Shown here one piece after another: positions 18,453 to 27,067 of a DNA stretch of 64,000 bases. Below the pieces are notes generated by a model. That model ran no database searches and was not told the DNA's origin. It was given only the letters and a program-made list of their open reading frames with translations. Origin of the DNA: a virus; the IMG/VR virus record IMGVR_UViG_3300037258_000282, positions 64,001 to 128,000 of that record; one strand, written 5' to 3'. Numbering within the stretch: position 1 is the first letter of the stretch; each line of letters opens with the position of its first letter. Position numbers and translations under genes: made by a program.

Positions 18453-19679
18453 TCACTTCTTGACGGTACGCCTGATGGCGGTCACGTAGCGAGATACATC
18501 TAGATCGGTCGACTTGACCTCAGTGTCAGATTCCTCCTCAAAGGTTTCCTCGGTCAGGCTCCTCGCGGAGGCCCTCTTCTTCCCGAAGAAATTTTCCTTA
18601 ATGAGAAGCAGCTTCTTTGAGTATGCCTCAGCGTTGCCAGTAAACTCCACTCCCTCCGCGAACGTCTCAAACTTCTCGCGGTCGACCTGAGTCATTCCCT
18701 CGGTGACAGTATCGACGATCTCGACGATCTGTGAGTCTACCGCGACATTCTTCAGCTCGGCGTTCTCGACGATGAGTGAGTCTACCCTACCCTGCAGTTC
18801 GTCTACCTCCTCCTCGAAAGCTCTCAGGAGGTCGACCTTCTCCTCGGGAACGTCGACGTAGTGCTCTACGAAAACCTTCTTCAGGCTCTCGATAAACTCT
18901 TCGGTGATGTCAGAACGCAGCGTAGACTTGATCTCCACCTCGTTCTCACTCATCCAGTTCTCCACCACGTAGTCCATGTAGGCGTCTATCTTGGAGGTGG
19001 TCTCTTCTACGAACTCCGCGACTTCTTCAGCTAGAACGGCCTCGTAGGCCTCCTCAAGCTCCGCTTCAAAGACGGTAGCCCTGGCAGCTACGGCCGCCTC
19101 AAATAGAGTCGTCACCTTATCCTTGAACTCTTCAGTCAGAGTCTCACCATCAAATAGGGCGGCGACGTCCTCCTTGCAGTCCAACTTAGGCATAGGCATC
19201 TTGACCTTTGGACCAGAGCTCGACACTGCCGCCGAAGGCTTGGCGTTGATAGAACTTTTGTTCTTATCTGAGTCGTTGGGAGCTCCGTCTCCCCACTTCC
19301 CGAATTGGGCCATGGTCTTAGTGAACCAATCCGTCATGTCGGACTTACTCATAGAACCCATGAGTCCGAGCATTCCCTGCATCATCGAAACCTTCGATGA
19401 AGTTAGAGCCTTGGGATCTGATATAGCGCGCGCGGCTGGGTGCAGGGAAGACGCAGACATCGTCTCTTCGTCCACCACTTGTTCATCCTCCTCGGGAGCA
19501 GCTTCGTCCTCAGTATCTACTTCAGACGAGTCCTCAACCTCAGCCTCTACTTCAGGCTCATCCTCGACCTCTACTTCGGTCTCTACTTCATCCTGAGCTT
19601 CCGGCTTCCCGGACTCGACGACACTTTTTGAGGCCTCCGCGAGAGTAGCCCTGATGATGTCTTGCATTCTCGTCTTCAT
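18453..19679 (-). CDS. 22: Prohead core scaffold protein gp22
   Basis: Acidic coiled coil, LTEEFKDKVTTLFEAAV, YMDYVVENWM, FVEHYVDVPEEK. Confidence 0.9.
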   Translation of the reverse strand: MKTRMQDIIRATLAEASKSVVESGKPEAQDEVETEVEVEDEPEVEAEVEDSSEVDTEDEAAPEEDEQVVDEETMSASSLHPAARAISDPKALTSSKVSMMQGMLGLMGSMSKSDMTDWFTKTMAQFGKWGDGAPNDSDKNKSSINAKPSAAVSSSGPKVKMPMPKLDCKEDVAALFDGETLTEEFKDKVTTLFEAAVAARATVFEAELEEAYEAVLAEEVAEFVEETTSKIDAYMDYVVENWMSENEVEIKSTLRSDITEEFIESLKKVFVEHYVDVPEEKVDLLRAFEEEVDELQGRVDSLIVENAELKNVAVDSQIVEIVDTVTEGMTQVDREKFETFAEGVEFTGNAEAYSKKLLLIKENFFGKKRASARSLTEETFEEESDTEVKSTDLDVSRYVTAIRRTVKK

Positions 19680-19719
19680 ATCTAGTCTCCCGGTAATTAT
19701 GGATTATTTATCAAAGTAC

Positions 19720-20397
19720 TTAACTTAACGCTAGAGAGCTAATAAAGTTTTCAAATAGAGCTATTTTTCTTTCTTCTATCTCTCTTAATGACATTTTTTT
19801 TATGGTATTTTTTAGAGTGTTAACTCTCTCTTCAATCCATTCATCCTTCTCACTATCATACCAGAACTCTACCCCCTCCATGATACCCTCGACAAACGCC
19901 TTGGGAGCAGATGGGTCGGCTACTATGTCTCCTGGAGTCGCGAGCTTAAAGTCTTTCTGGACTATCATCGCTCCATCTTTACCCGGCACGACCGAACCCA
20001 TGCCGCGGGTAGAAACTCCAAGCTTTCCTCCAGACTTAAGTATTCCCTTGGCTACACTTCCCATTGGAGTCTCACATAGCATGGCCTTACCGTGATAGTT
20101 ACTTCCATCGCGATACAGCTCAGTCATTATATGAGATACGCGGTCGAGGTTGATCTGCGGACCGATCGGATGACCGAGCTCACCGAATGATCTTCCGGTA
20201 TTGACGTTTTCCTTGATGTGTCGCTCTATCTCCTTGCCGACGTTCTGCATGGGGTATATCCTTCCATTGCGATTCTTGATGTCGCACTGGATGAATATTC
20301 CCTTGATGAAGTGGCGAGGTATAGTTCCTGGCTTGCCACTCTTATCCGTCTCGATGAGGTGCTCTACAGACTCGTTGAGCTCGGTTATAAGCTTCAA
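19720..20397 (-). CDS. 21: Prohead protease gp21
   Basis: KLITE, NRNGRIYP, GELGHP, INLDRVSH, GVSTRGMGS, DIVADPSAP; likely TTG start 20397. Confidence 0.95.
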   Translation of the reverse strand: MKLITELNESVEHLIETDKSGKPGTIPRHFIKGIFIQCDIKNRNGRIYPMQNVGKEIERHIKENVNTGRSFGELGHPIGPQINLDRVSHIMTELYRDGSNYHGKAMLCETPMGSVAKGILKSGGKLGVSTRGMGSVVPGKDGAMIVQKDFKLATPGDIVADPSAPKAFVEGIMEGVEFWYDSEKDEWIEERVNTLKNTIKKMSLREIEERKIALFENFISSLALS

Positions 20398-20398
20398 C

Positions 20399-21031
20399 TC
20401 ATACCCCCTTATATCCGACCGCAGAGATCTTGACGTTAGCACCCGTCACTACTGGGGCTATGTATATTCCGTTTCCAGTCGTCACCTGTCGGAGTGGAAC
20501 TGGGAAGTGTATAGGATTCGCTAGATAGTTGGCAGGGGCTGGAACTACCGCCAGCGTAGTTCCAGACGAGCCATCCTGAATCAAGATCTCTGTGTTGGCC
20601 CCAAGCCCGTTCGACACGATGATGGTCGTTATGTAGTTGCGAAGCCCCGCGCCCGGAGACGCGATCAGTTGAACAGAGGAAGTTCCGGTCTGCGCCGACG
20701 TGATGGTGCCTGAAACGAAGTTCTCGGGGTTGGCGTATGGCAGCACTATGGCCTTACCCACGAGATCAGTCACCATCTTAGCGACCGCTCCATTGGATGC
20801 GGCCGACTGCTCCGCGTTGACGGCTATTCCAAAGTTATCTACTGGAACTAGATTAGTGTTCGACACCGCCGCTCCATTGGAGAAGGCGAGTGCCGTATTG
20901 ACTATAACGTTTCCAGAGAAGTCTCCCAGCGAGTTGATTATCCCGCCGGTAGAATTCGCGAACATGACGACGTCGAACCAGTTCGCGGTGGAATTTCCAT
21001 AGGCGTTAGTAGATAGGCTGAACTGAGCCAT
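20399..21031 (-). CDS. Virion/head-associated protein at the gp68 position
   Basis: Position between core genes and gp21; beta-rich, function not recognised. Confidence 0.45.
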   Translation of the reverse strand: MAQFSLSTNAYGNSTANWFDVVMFANSTGGIINSLGDFSGNVIVNTALAFSNGAAVSNTNLVPVDNFGIAVNAEQSAASNGAVAKMVTDLVGKAIVLPYANPENFVSGTITSAQTGTSSVQLIASPGAGLRNYITTIIVSNGLGANTEILIQDGSSGTTLAVVPAPANYLANPIHFPVPLRQVTTGNGIYIAPVVTGANVKISAVGYKGV

Positions 21032-21040
21032 GCCAGATCC

Positions 21041-22876
21041 TTATATATTTGCCGGAGTATCGGCCGAGTGAAACCCGAACCCGCCAGGATATGAATCCAT
21101 GGGAGGAGATGTAGAAGTAGATGGAAGTGTCATAGGAGAGTCAGGACCAGTAGTTTCATCGAGAGGATGATCCTTGAGGACTCCTATCATCTTCTTGAGT
21201 GACGCGTGACCCTTACCCTCAAACCCAGTAGGCTTAAACTCATCGTACTTTCTCGAGAAGTGCGCCCAGGTCTTGTCAGGAGACCTAACCACAACCTTAT
21301 GTTCATATCGGCCATTTCCGGTCATGTGGTGCCTCTTATAGATGTGGTCGGCGCCTAGGACGTCCTTACCTTCCCGAAAATTCTTATGCTCAAGCTTGCC
21401 GCACATGTTCCAACCACACTCAGAGAGGCAGTCGTGGTGCATCTTTACGTCTGATTCTGGAGCGGCCACGTGCTCGACTATGACCTCCTCAGTTGCTGGA
21501 ACTTTGGCTCGTCCGAAGATCTTTCTATCCGCGTGGTGCATTCCCATGACTCGCTTATCGGCGTTTTTCTTGTAGAACGCGCCCTCTCTCTTCCAGTCGT
21601 CTGATGTACCCGATATATGCTTGGCGCGCGGGACTACCGTCTTGTACTTAGCATTTCTATCAGCGTTGTCAGCTCTGGATACGGATAGTTTAGTATCACG
21701 TGAGGCCGCATCTAGATAAGACCTCAGTATGCCCTTGGATACCTCTTGAACACCCTCGGCGTCCTCTGAGTGCATCTTTCCACCTGCAGTTATCTTTCCG
21801 ACCGCCGTTTTAATTCCCGCACTCCTGTTGGCGATCTTTCTCGTCTTATATGGAGTGCTCTTCTCGTCCTGCTTACTCCTAAGTGTGGCTCGATCCATCG
21901 CGCCCTTCGTCACGTAGTTCTTCAAAGTTTCTCTCGAGAGTTCTTGGACGTCCTCCGCGCTCTCGTGATGCGCCATATTACTGAATTTCTTCGCTCCGAA
22001 TTTCTTTCGTCCTATAGAGGCGGCGAGAGCCTCTGGATCCTTGACTCCCTTCTCATGCGAGAGCTTTCCCTTAAGCTTAGCGAAGCCCAGGTGCTCCTCA
22101 CCAACATCTTGACCCTCTTTAACGTGCTTGGTATGCGCGTGAGTTCCCCTAAACGTCGCGGATGGCGCGAGAGACTTAGGATCGACCTTACTGATAATTA
22201 CCGGCGCGATCTTCTCTCCAGTCTGAGCGGCTTTCTTAAAGTCTGAACTCTTGATACCGGATGTCACTCCAGGCGCTATCTTCTTAACCTTAGAATAATC
22301 TATGTTCATTCCCTTGGTCAGATCTACCTTGGCCTCTGATCGAAAAGCGGCGAACTTCTTCACGCGCTGGTCGTGGCCACCATTGAGCTGACGCACTGAC
22401 GCGTCTACTTTAGTCCTCTTGGCATCAGACACGGCGTCGTCTGGCTGCTTAAGTGGAGTAGTTCCAGAGGCCTCACTGATCTTGTGGTGGTTGGTGGCGG
22501 CTGAGTTGAATTTCTTCGCTCCGTACTTCTTACGCCCGATAGCCGCGGCCAGTCCAGCGGGATCAGTGACGCCCTTCTCATGAGAGAGCTTATTCTTCAG
22601 CTTCGTGAAGCCCAGGTGCTCCTCATATTGGTCTTCCTTGGACTTTAACTTATCATTTTTCTTATCGTCGAGAGACTTCTTGACGTTGTCAGCCGCATAG
22701 ACATCTCCGGTGTTACCCGCGCGATCGTCGAACTTGGCGGTCTTGTGCTTCTTGACGAAGGCCTGACCTCCAGTTGACTTAGGATCGTAGTCTACTCCAG
22801 GCTTAGTTCCAGTAGAACCTGGAACTACCTTAGATCCAGCACTTCCCTTTAGGATGTCTTGCAGAGACTTGGCCAT
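21041..22876 (-). CDS. Basic repetitive prohead core/internal protein (putative polyprotein)
   Basis: K/H-rich, duplicated 39-aa module, QELS/QEVS modules; lies in the head operon. Confidence 0.6.
   Translation of the reverse strand: MAKSLQDILKGSAGSKVVPGSTGTKPGVDYDPKSTGGQAFVKKHKTAKFDDRAGNTGDVYAADNVKKSLDDKKNDKLKSKEDQYEEHLGFTKLKNKLSHEKGVTDPAGLAAAIGRKKYGAKKFNSAATNHHKISEASGTTPLKQPDDAVSDAKRTKVDASVRQLNGGHDQRVKKFAAFRSEAKVDLTKGMNIDYSKVKKIAPGVTSGIKSSDFKKAAQTGEKIAPVIISKVDPKSLAPSATFRGTHAHTKHVKEGQDVGEEHLGFAKLKGKLSHEKGVKDPEALAASIGRKKFGAKKFSNMAHHESAEDVQELSRETLKNYVTKGAMDRATLRSKQDEKSTPYKTRKIANRSAGIKTAVGKITAGGKMHSEDAEGVQEVSKGILRSYLDAASRDTKLSVSRADNADRNAKYKTVVPRAKHISGTSDDWKREGAFYKKNADKRVMGMHHADRKIFGRAKVPATEEVIVEHVAAPESDVKMHHDCLSECGWNMCGKLEHKNFREGKDVLGADHIYKRHHMTGNGRYEHKVVVRSPDKTWAHFSRKYDEFKPTGFEGKGHASLKKMIGVLKDHPLDETTGPDSPMTLPSTSTSPPMDSYPGGFGFHSADTPANI
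21983..22624 (-). repeat. Two copies of a ~117-nt coding repeat (22508-22624 and 21983-22099)
   Basis: EEHLGFTKLKNKLSHEKGVTDPAGLAAAIGRKKYGAKKF vs EEHLGFAKLKGKLSHEKGVKDPEALAASIGRKKFGAKKF. Confidence 0.9.
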
Positions 22877-22882
22877 CTGATG

Positions 22883-23065
22883 TCACTCTTCCCTTGAGTT
22901 GTCTGGCGCCTTATGAGCGAACATGTCCTTGGCGACATCGATCTTCAGTTCGTTGACGCCGTCCTCTAGGCGAGGAGTTATCAGCTGAGCGAACGCGTTC
23001 TCGAAGTCTATAGGTCTCTGCTCGACCGCAGCACCGATTAAGTCGTAAACGGTATATTTATTCAT
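22883..23065 (-). CDS. Prohead core protein gp67-like
   Basis: Small helical ORF just downstream of the portal, ending KIDVAKDMF. Confidence 0.6.
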   Translation of the reverse strand: MNKYTVYDLIGAAVEQRPIDFENAFAQLITPRLEDGVNELKIDVAKDMFAHKAPDNSREE

Positions 23066-23078
23066 TATACTTCCTCAC

Positions 23079-26000
23079 TTACTGTCCCTTGATATCTTGC
23101 CCAGCGGTACCTTTCGTCGCGCCGATAGACTTGGCTATCTCTGGATTCTTAGCTAGAATTTGCACCGCCGCCTTATACTTAGACTGATCCTGCATCGAGC
23201 GATTTTCCTTAGATTTCTTCTTCATCATCTCTATCGTCTGCTTGGCCTTTCTAACCTCTTCATACTTCTTGGCCTTATCGTCATCCACCATAGCATCGGA
23301 ATCTGAACCAACGTCCTGGGGCACATCATCTGGATTCTCATCTGGATTCTCATCTGGGTTCATCATATCTTGTGGCTGCCACCTCGGATCACCGGAGTCG
23401 AGCTCGGCCTGTATCTCGGCGTCCATCTTTTCGATGTCCTCATCTGACTGCTGGAGGACGTTCTTACGAACCCACTCATTAGAATAGTACTTACCTACCA
23501 TGTCCTGAAGATTTCTAGCGAGCTCAACTCTAGAAGTCAGTACCTCACCATCTTTTAGTTCAGTGAAGTAGTTATCCTTTGAGTAGTTATACTTTACTCT
23601 CTGCTCTATATCCTGCCAGTCCTCAAGAGACATAACCCCCTTGAGGACTAACTGCTTCTCGAGAAGCTTATTGAATATGATCGAGAAGCGTGAGCGAAGT
23701 CTTATGATGAACCGAGCAAACTTTACCTCGTCGCGCGTTACTTCGGTCGCCCTTCCCACGGAGAAAAGTGCGTCCGAGTTCAGTCGGGAGACAGGTACGT
23801 TGAGAGTCTGTAGAAACTTCTTCTGAAAGTATAAGACGTCGTCCATCTGCCCGAGGTTTTGACCTCCCGGCAGGGTAGTAACCTCAGTTCCACGCCCGCC
23901 CTCTCTTCTCGGAAGCCAGTAATCTTCAAGAGTTGTATTCTTTGAATAAATCCCACAGTCAAGCTGAAAGGTATGATGGCTATCATATGCCTCTTTTTCA
24001 AAGTCAATAGTCAGGCACCCGACGTCCATCTTCTCGTTGAGGAATTCTACAGATACGACCCTGTGGTTGTGCAGTTGCTCGGCGTGATACCCTCTAGAGC
24101 CAAAGTCTCCCTTGATGTTATTTCTATCTAATCCACTGGCGCGGCAGAAAGCGCTGAGATTCTCAATTATCTCAATCTGTCCGTCAGGAGCAGTGATCTT
24201 CCATGACTTACACGCAACAGAAGTTCTATTTTTAGCCGCTACAGATAGTGACTCTCTCCACTGTGTATTATTTGACATATCAACGTATCGCTTTAGCGTA
24301 CTGCGTTGCTTTTTATTATGTACTATTTTCGAAGCAAACTGAGCTGAGTAGCTCTTCCAGTTCTTATGTCCGAGGCGCCCGCACACTTTAAGCAGGTCGC
24401 GATACAGGAACTTCCAGGGCACGATAGCCCTCTTGGGCATGATGGTGTCGGCATTAGCGCTCATCCACGCCGCATGATCGATCTTCTCATTGATTAGTTT
24501 TAGAGCTTCCGCTCCTCTCATCTGGTCTCTGGCGCACTTCTCTACTACACCGTATATCTCGTCGGTGTATAATAGAGTTCGAGCCTCGGCATTCTTTATC
24601 TTCAACTCATCGCTGTTACAGAACACCGAGTGGTACTTCCAGTGATCCCTGTTGTTCATCATGACAAGGTTCTCTGGATTATTGTTGTATCTATTTAAGT
24701 CGAAGTGGTGAACTGTCCTCTTGTTTAGGTGGTTCAAGTCAGCATCATAAGAGAATTCCTCGCGAAGCCCGTTCTCGTCTTTCCACTTAGATACCGCGCG
24801 ATGAGTAAATACCCACTTCTTACTGTCATTTTGATATATCTGCTCGTACTCTCTTCCACCATCTTCTATGGGAGACATCCTCCTATAGCCTGGAATGATC
24901 GACTCACCAATCGCGAGGTGCTGAGCCTCGACGAACCCCTTGTTCCAAACTGGAAACTTGTGATCTGGTGTGCAGACAACGCTCTTGCCATTGTCAAGAG
25001 TGACGCGAACTACGTCGGAGTCTCTCTTAGTGATGCCAGCCCACTCTACTGGTCCTGGCGCGAATTTACCAGTCATGGGATCGCATGAGTATACCCAGTT
25101 CTTCTTACCAGCCTCGTACTCGGCGATTATCTCTTCTAGCGGAAGAGTGCGACCATCCAGCAGTGGTATTCTCGTATCTAACGCGAGACACATGAACTTG
25201 CGATCGTCACGAACCTCACCAGACGCGGCGTCATATATGAGACGATTCTTGTGCTTCACCATGATCTCGCGGACGTACTGCTCCGCCTTGATCTTTGGAA
25301 GATTACCGACGTCGATGTACCATATTCTTCTCTCGGGGGCTCTCGCGATCCTGTATATGACCATGGAGTCTTCGAGCGTCCTAAGCTGGTTCAGAGACTT
25401 AATGCCCTTATGCAGATAGGACAGGACCATGGTCCCACCGTTATCTGTCAGCCCGGATACTACGTGAAGTATGGAATCTACCGCGATCTTTAGGCCGTTA
25501 GTCGCAGGGCCAGATGGCTTATTTCCGTAGTTGAACCCCTTATCGTTGAACACGAAGTACTCGTTAGCAACGCGAGTGATCGTGGCGTCACCGCCTCCGA
25601 TACCTCCAGATGAGCCTCCCTGAACTCGCTTTCGAGCGACCTCGCGAATCTTACGGATCTTTCTCGGATCTATGTATCGAAGTTCCTTGATGCCACCAGA
25701 CGTATCGTTCTCATCTATGATGACGTGATAGTATAGGCGCCCATCGATATACCAGCGCCTGAGAATGTCGTACGCGTATTTGTTAAAATCGAGAAGGTCT
25801 AGGCAGTTGTGAAACTCCTCGATTATGACCTTCTTAATATTATCAGAGATATTGACTTTATCTAGATTTATATCTACGATGGTCTCTTCGTCGATAGACA
25901 TAGCTTCATTGACTATCTCATCGATAGCCGAATCGCACTCCGGCTGGAGCGACATCTCTCGATATTTAGTGACGAGTTCGGCCTCAGTTCGAACAGTTCC

Positions 26001-26138
26001 ATCTAGATCGATGTACGTTCCGAACGAGCCACCGGCCGCGACGATAACAGCTCCGTCCTCATTATCCCTCGGGGCGAATGAGACTAGCTGCTTGTCTAGC
26101 GGTACTTTTCTCTTAAACTCAAATCCGAATAGCATCAT
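23079..26138 (-). CDS. 20: Portal vertex protein gp20 with intein
   Basis: LFGF, RRWYIDGR, YRIARAPERRIWYIDVGNLPK, LEDYWLPRREGGRGTEVTTLPGGQNLG. Confidence 0.96.
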   Translation of the reverse strand: MMLFGFEFKRKVPLDKQLVSFAPRDNEDGAVIVAAGGSFGTYIDLDGTVRTEAELVTKYREMSLQPECDSAIDEIVNEAMSIDEETIVDINLDKVNISDNIKKVIIEEFHNCLDLLDFNKYAYDILRRWYIDGRLYYHVIIDENDTSGGIKELRYIDPRKIRKIREVARKRVQGGSSGGIGGGDATITRVANEYFVFNDKGFNYGNKPSGPATNGLKIAVDSILHVVSGLTDNGGTMVLSYLHKGIKSLNQLRTLEDSMVIYRIARAPERRIWYIDVGNLPKIKAEQYVREIMVKHKNRLIYDAASGEVRDDRKFMCLALDTRIPLLDGRTLPLEEIIAEYEAGKKNWVYSCDPMTGKFAPGPVEWAGITKRDSDVVRVTLDNGKSVVCTPDHKFPVWNKGFVEAQHLAIGESIIPGYRRMSPIEDGGREYEQIYQNDSKKWVFTHRAVSKWKDENGLREEFSYDADLNHLNKRTVHHFDLNRYNNNPENLVMMNNRDHWKYHSVFCNSDELKIKNAEARTLLYTDEIYGVVEKCARDQMRGAEALKLINEKIDHAAWMSANADTIMPKRAIVPWKFLYRDLLKVCGRLGHKNWKSYSAQFASKIVHNKKQRSTLKRYVDMSNNTQWRESLSVAAKNRTSVACKSWKITAPDGQIEIIENLSAFCRASGLDRNNIKGDFGSRGYHAEQLHNHRVVSVEFLNEKMDVGCLTIDFEKEAYDSHHTFQLDCGIYSKNTTLEDYWLPRREGGRGTEVTTLPGGQNLGQMDDVLYFQKKFLQTLNVPVSRLNSDALFSVGRATEVTRDEVKFARFIIRLRSRFSIIFNKLLEKQLVLKGVMSLEDWQDIEQRVKYNYSKDNYFTELKDGEVLTSRVELARNLQDMVGKYYSNEWVRKNVLQQSDEDIEKMDAEIQAELDSGDPRWQPQDMMNPDENPDENPDDVPQDVGSDSDAMVDDDKAKKYEEVRKAKQTIEMMKKKSKENRSMQDQSKYKAAVQILAKNPEIAKSIGATKGTAGQDIKGQ
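23937..25190 (-). mobile_element. Intein (418 aa) with HNH endonuclease in the portal
   Basis: Interrupts DDRKFM|TTLEDYW; begins CLALDT, block B VCTPDHKF, HNH TVHHFDLNRYNNNPENL, ends GIYSKN with +1 Thr. Confidence 0.93.
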
Positions 26139-26164
26139 AACGGAAAGTGACTCCTATGACGCTA

Positions 26165-26803
26165 TTATGACTGCCCACCAGTAGGATCTACAGTGATGGC
26201 CGCGGTCGTATTGGAGATCTCCCACCAGTCATAAGAGAAAGTAACGTCGAATACCTCTATCTGGTTGGTCTGATCCCATCCGAGTCTGATCTCTGCGACG
26301 TTGTTGGGCCATGCACCCATGATGGCGTATGTTACGATCTGCGATCCGGTTTTCGAGAACTGAGTGACGTCCATCTCTACCTTGTATGAAGTTCCAGAGC
26401 TTCCACCCGTGGTAGTCGTTGTATTGGTTCCAATACCTGGAGTTGGCCCACCGGACTCAGATAGAAAGTTAGGATTGCGGACGTTACCGACCATGGCGTT
26501 TATGTAGTTCGACCACGCCTCAAACGTCGAGCGAAGGAGAAAGTCCTCGTCGTTCTGGATAGTTACGGTCCAATCCGGAAAGGTCCTATCTCCAGCCGCC
26601 TTCATGGTCCGCCCAAAGTACGGTACGGGAATATTTCCTATAGTCGCCGGTGGAATCGACCCCGCCTGGCAGGCAAATTGGAACTTCTGAGGAGCTCCAG
26701 GAGCAGAGAACGGAGGAAGATTGAGAGTGCAGCTGAAGAGTGAGGGACGAGCACCGTCGAGAACTAGTCCCTGCTGTCTGAATGTGGCTATGTTGAATGG
26801 CAG
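26165..26803 (-). CDS. 19: Tail tube protein gp19; probable CTG start
   Basis: Frame extends 5' of the track start: (M)PFNIATFRQQGLVLDGARPSLF...PYFGRTMKAAGDRTFPDWTVTIQNDEDF; GGGAG RBS 8 nt before CTG 26803. Confidence 0.92.
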   Translation of the reverse strand: MPFNIATFRQQGLVLDGARPSLFSCTLNLPPFSAPGAPQKFQFACQAGSIPPATIGNIPVPYFGRTMKAAGDRTFPDWTVTIQNDEDFLLRSTFEAWSNYINAMVGNVRNPNFLSESGGPTPGIGTNTTTTTGGSSGTSYKVEMDVTQFSKTGSQIVTYAIMGAWPNNVAEIRLGWDQTNQIEVFDVTFSYDWWEISNTTAAITVDPTGGQS

Positions 26804-26817
26804 TGGAGTTACTCCCG

Positions 26818-27012
26818 TTAGATGACGTATGTACTATTTATTCTCTTCTGATGTGAGGCAGACATCTTGGTCCTAGTCTCATCAGATATCTTGGTACCTA
26901 ATTTTCTCAGTCTCATCTTCTCTCTAGCCTCTGTGGAGTGCCTATTACCGGTATTATCGGTCGGAATGCCAGAGCTCCAGACTCTAATGTATTTTTTTAT
27001 CAAAGGTACCAA
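26818..27012 (-). pseudogene. Homing endonuclease remnant (NUMOD3-like motifs only)
   Basis: RHSTEAREKMR and KISDETRTKMS; no nuclease domain. Confidence 0.6.
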
Positions 27013-27067
27013 AAATATTTAGTAGGTGAAGAAATCCTACTAAGTTGTTGATTTCAAATTGGTTTTA

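Noticed and set aside
23937-25190. Group I intron in gp20
   Set aside because: Insertion is in frame without stops and has Cys...Asn/Thr intein termini.
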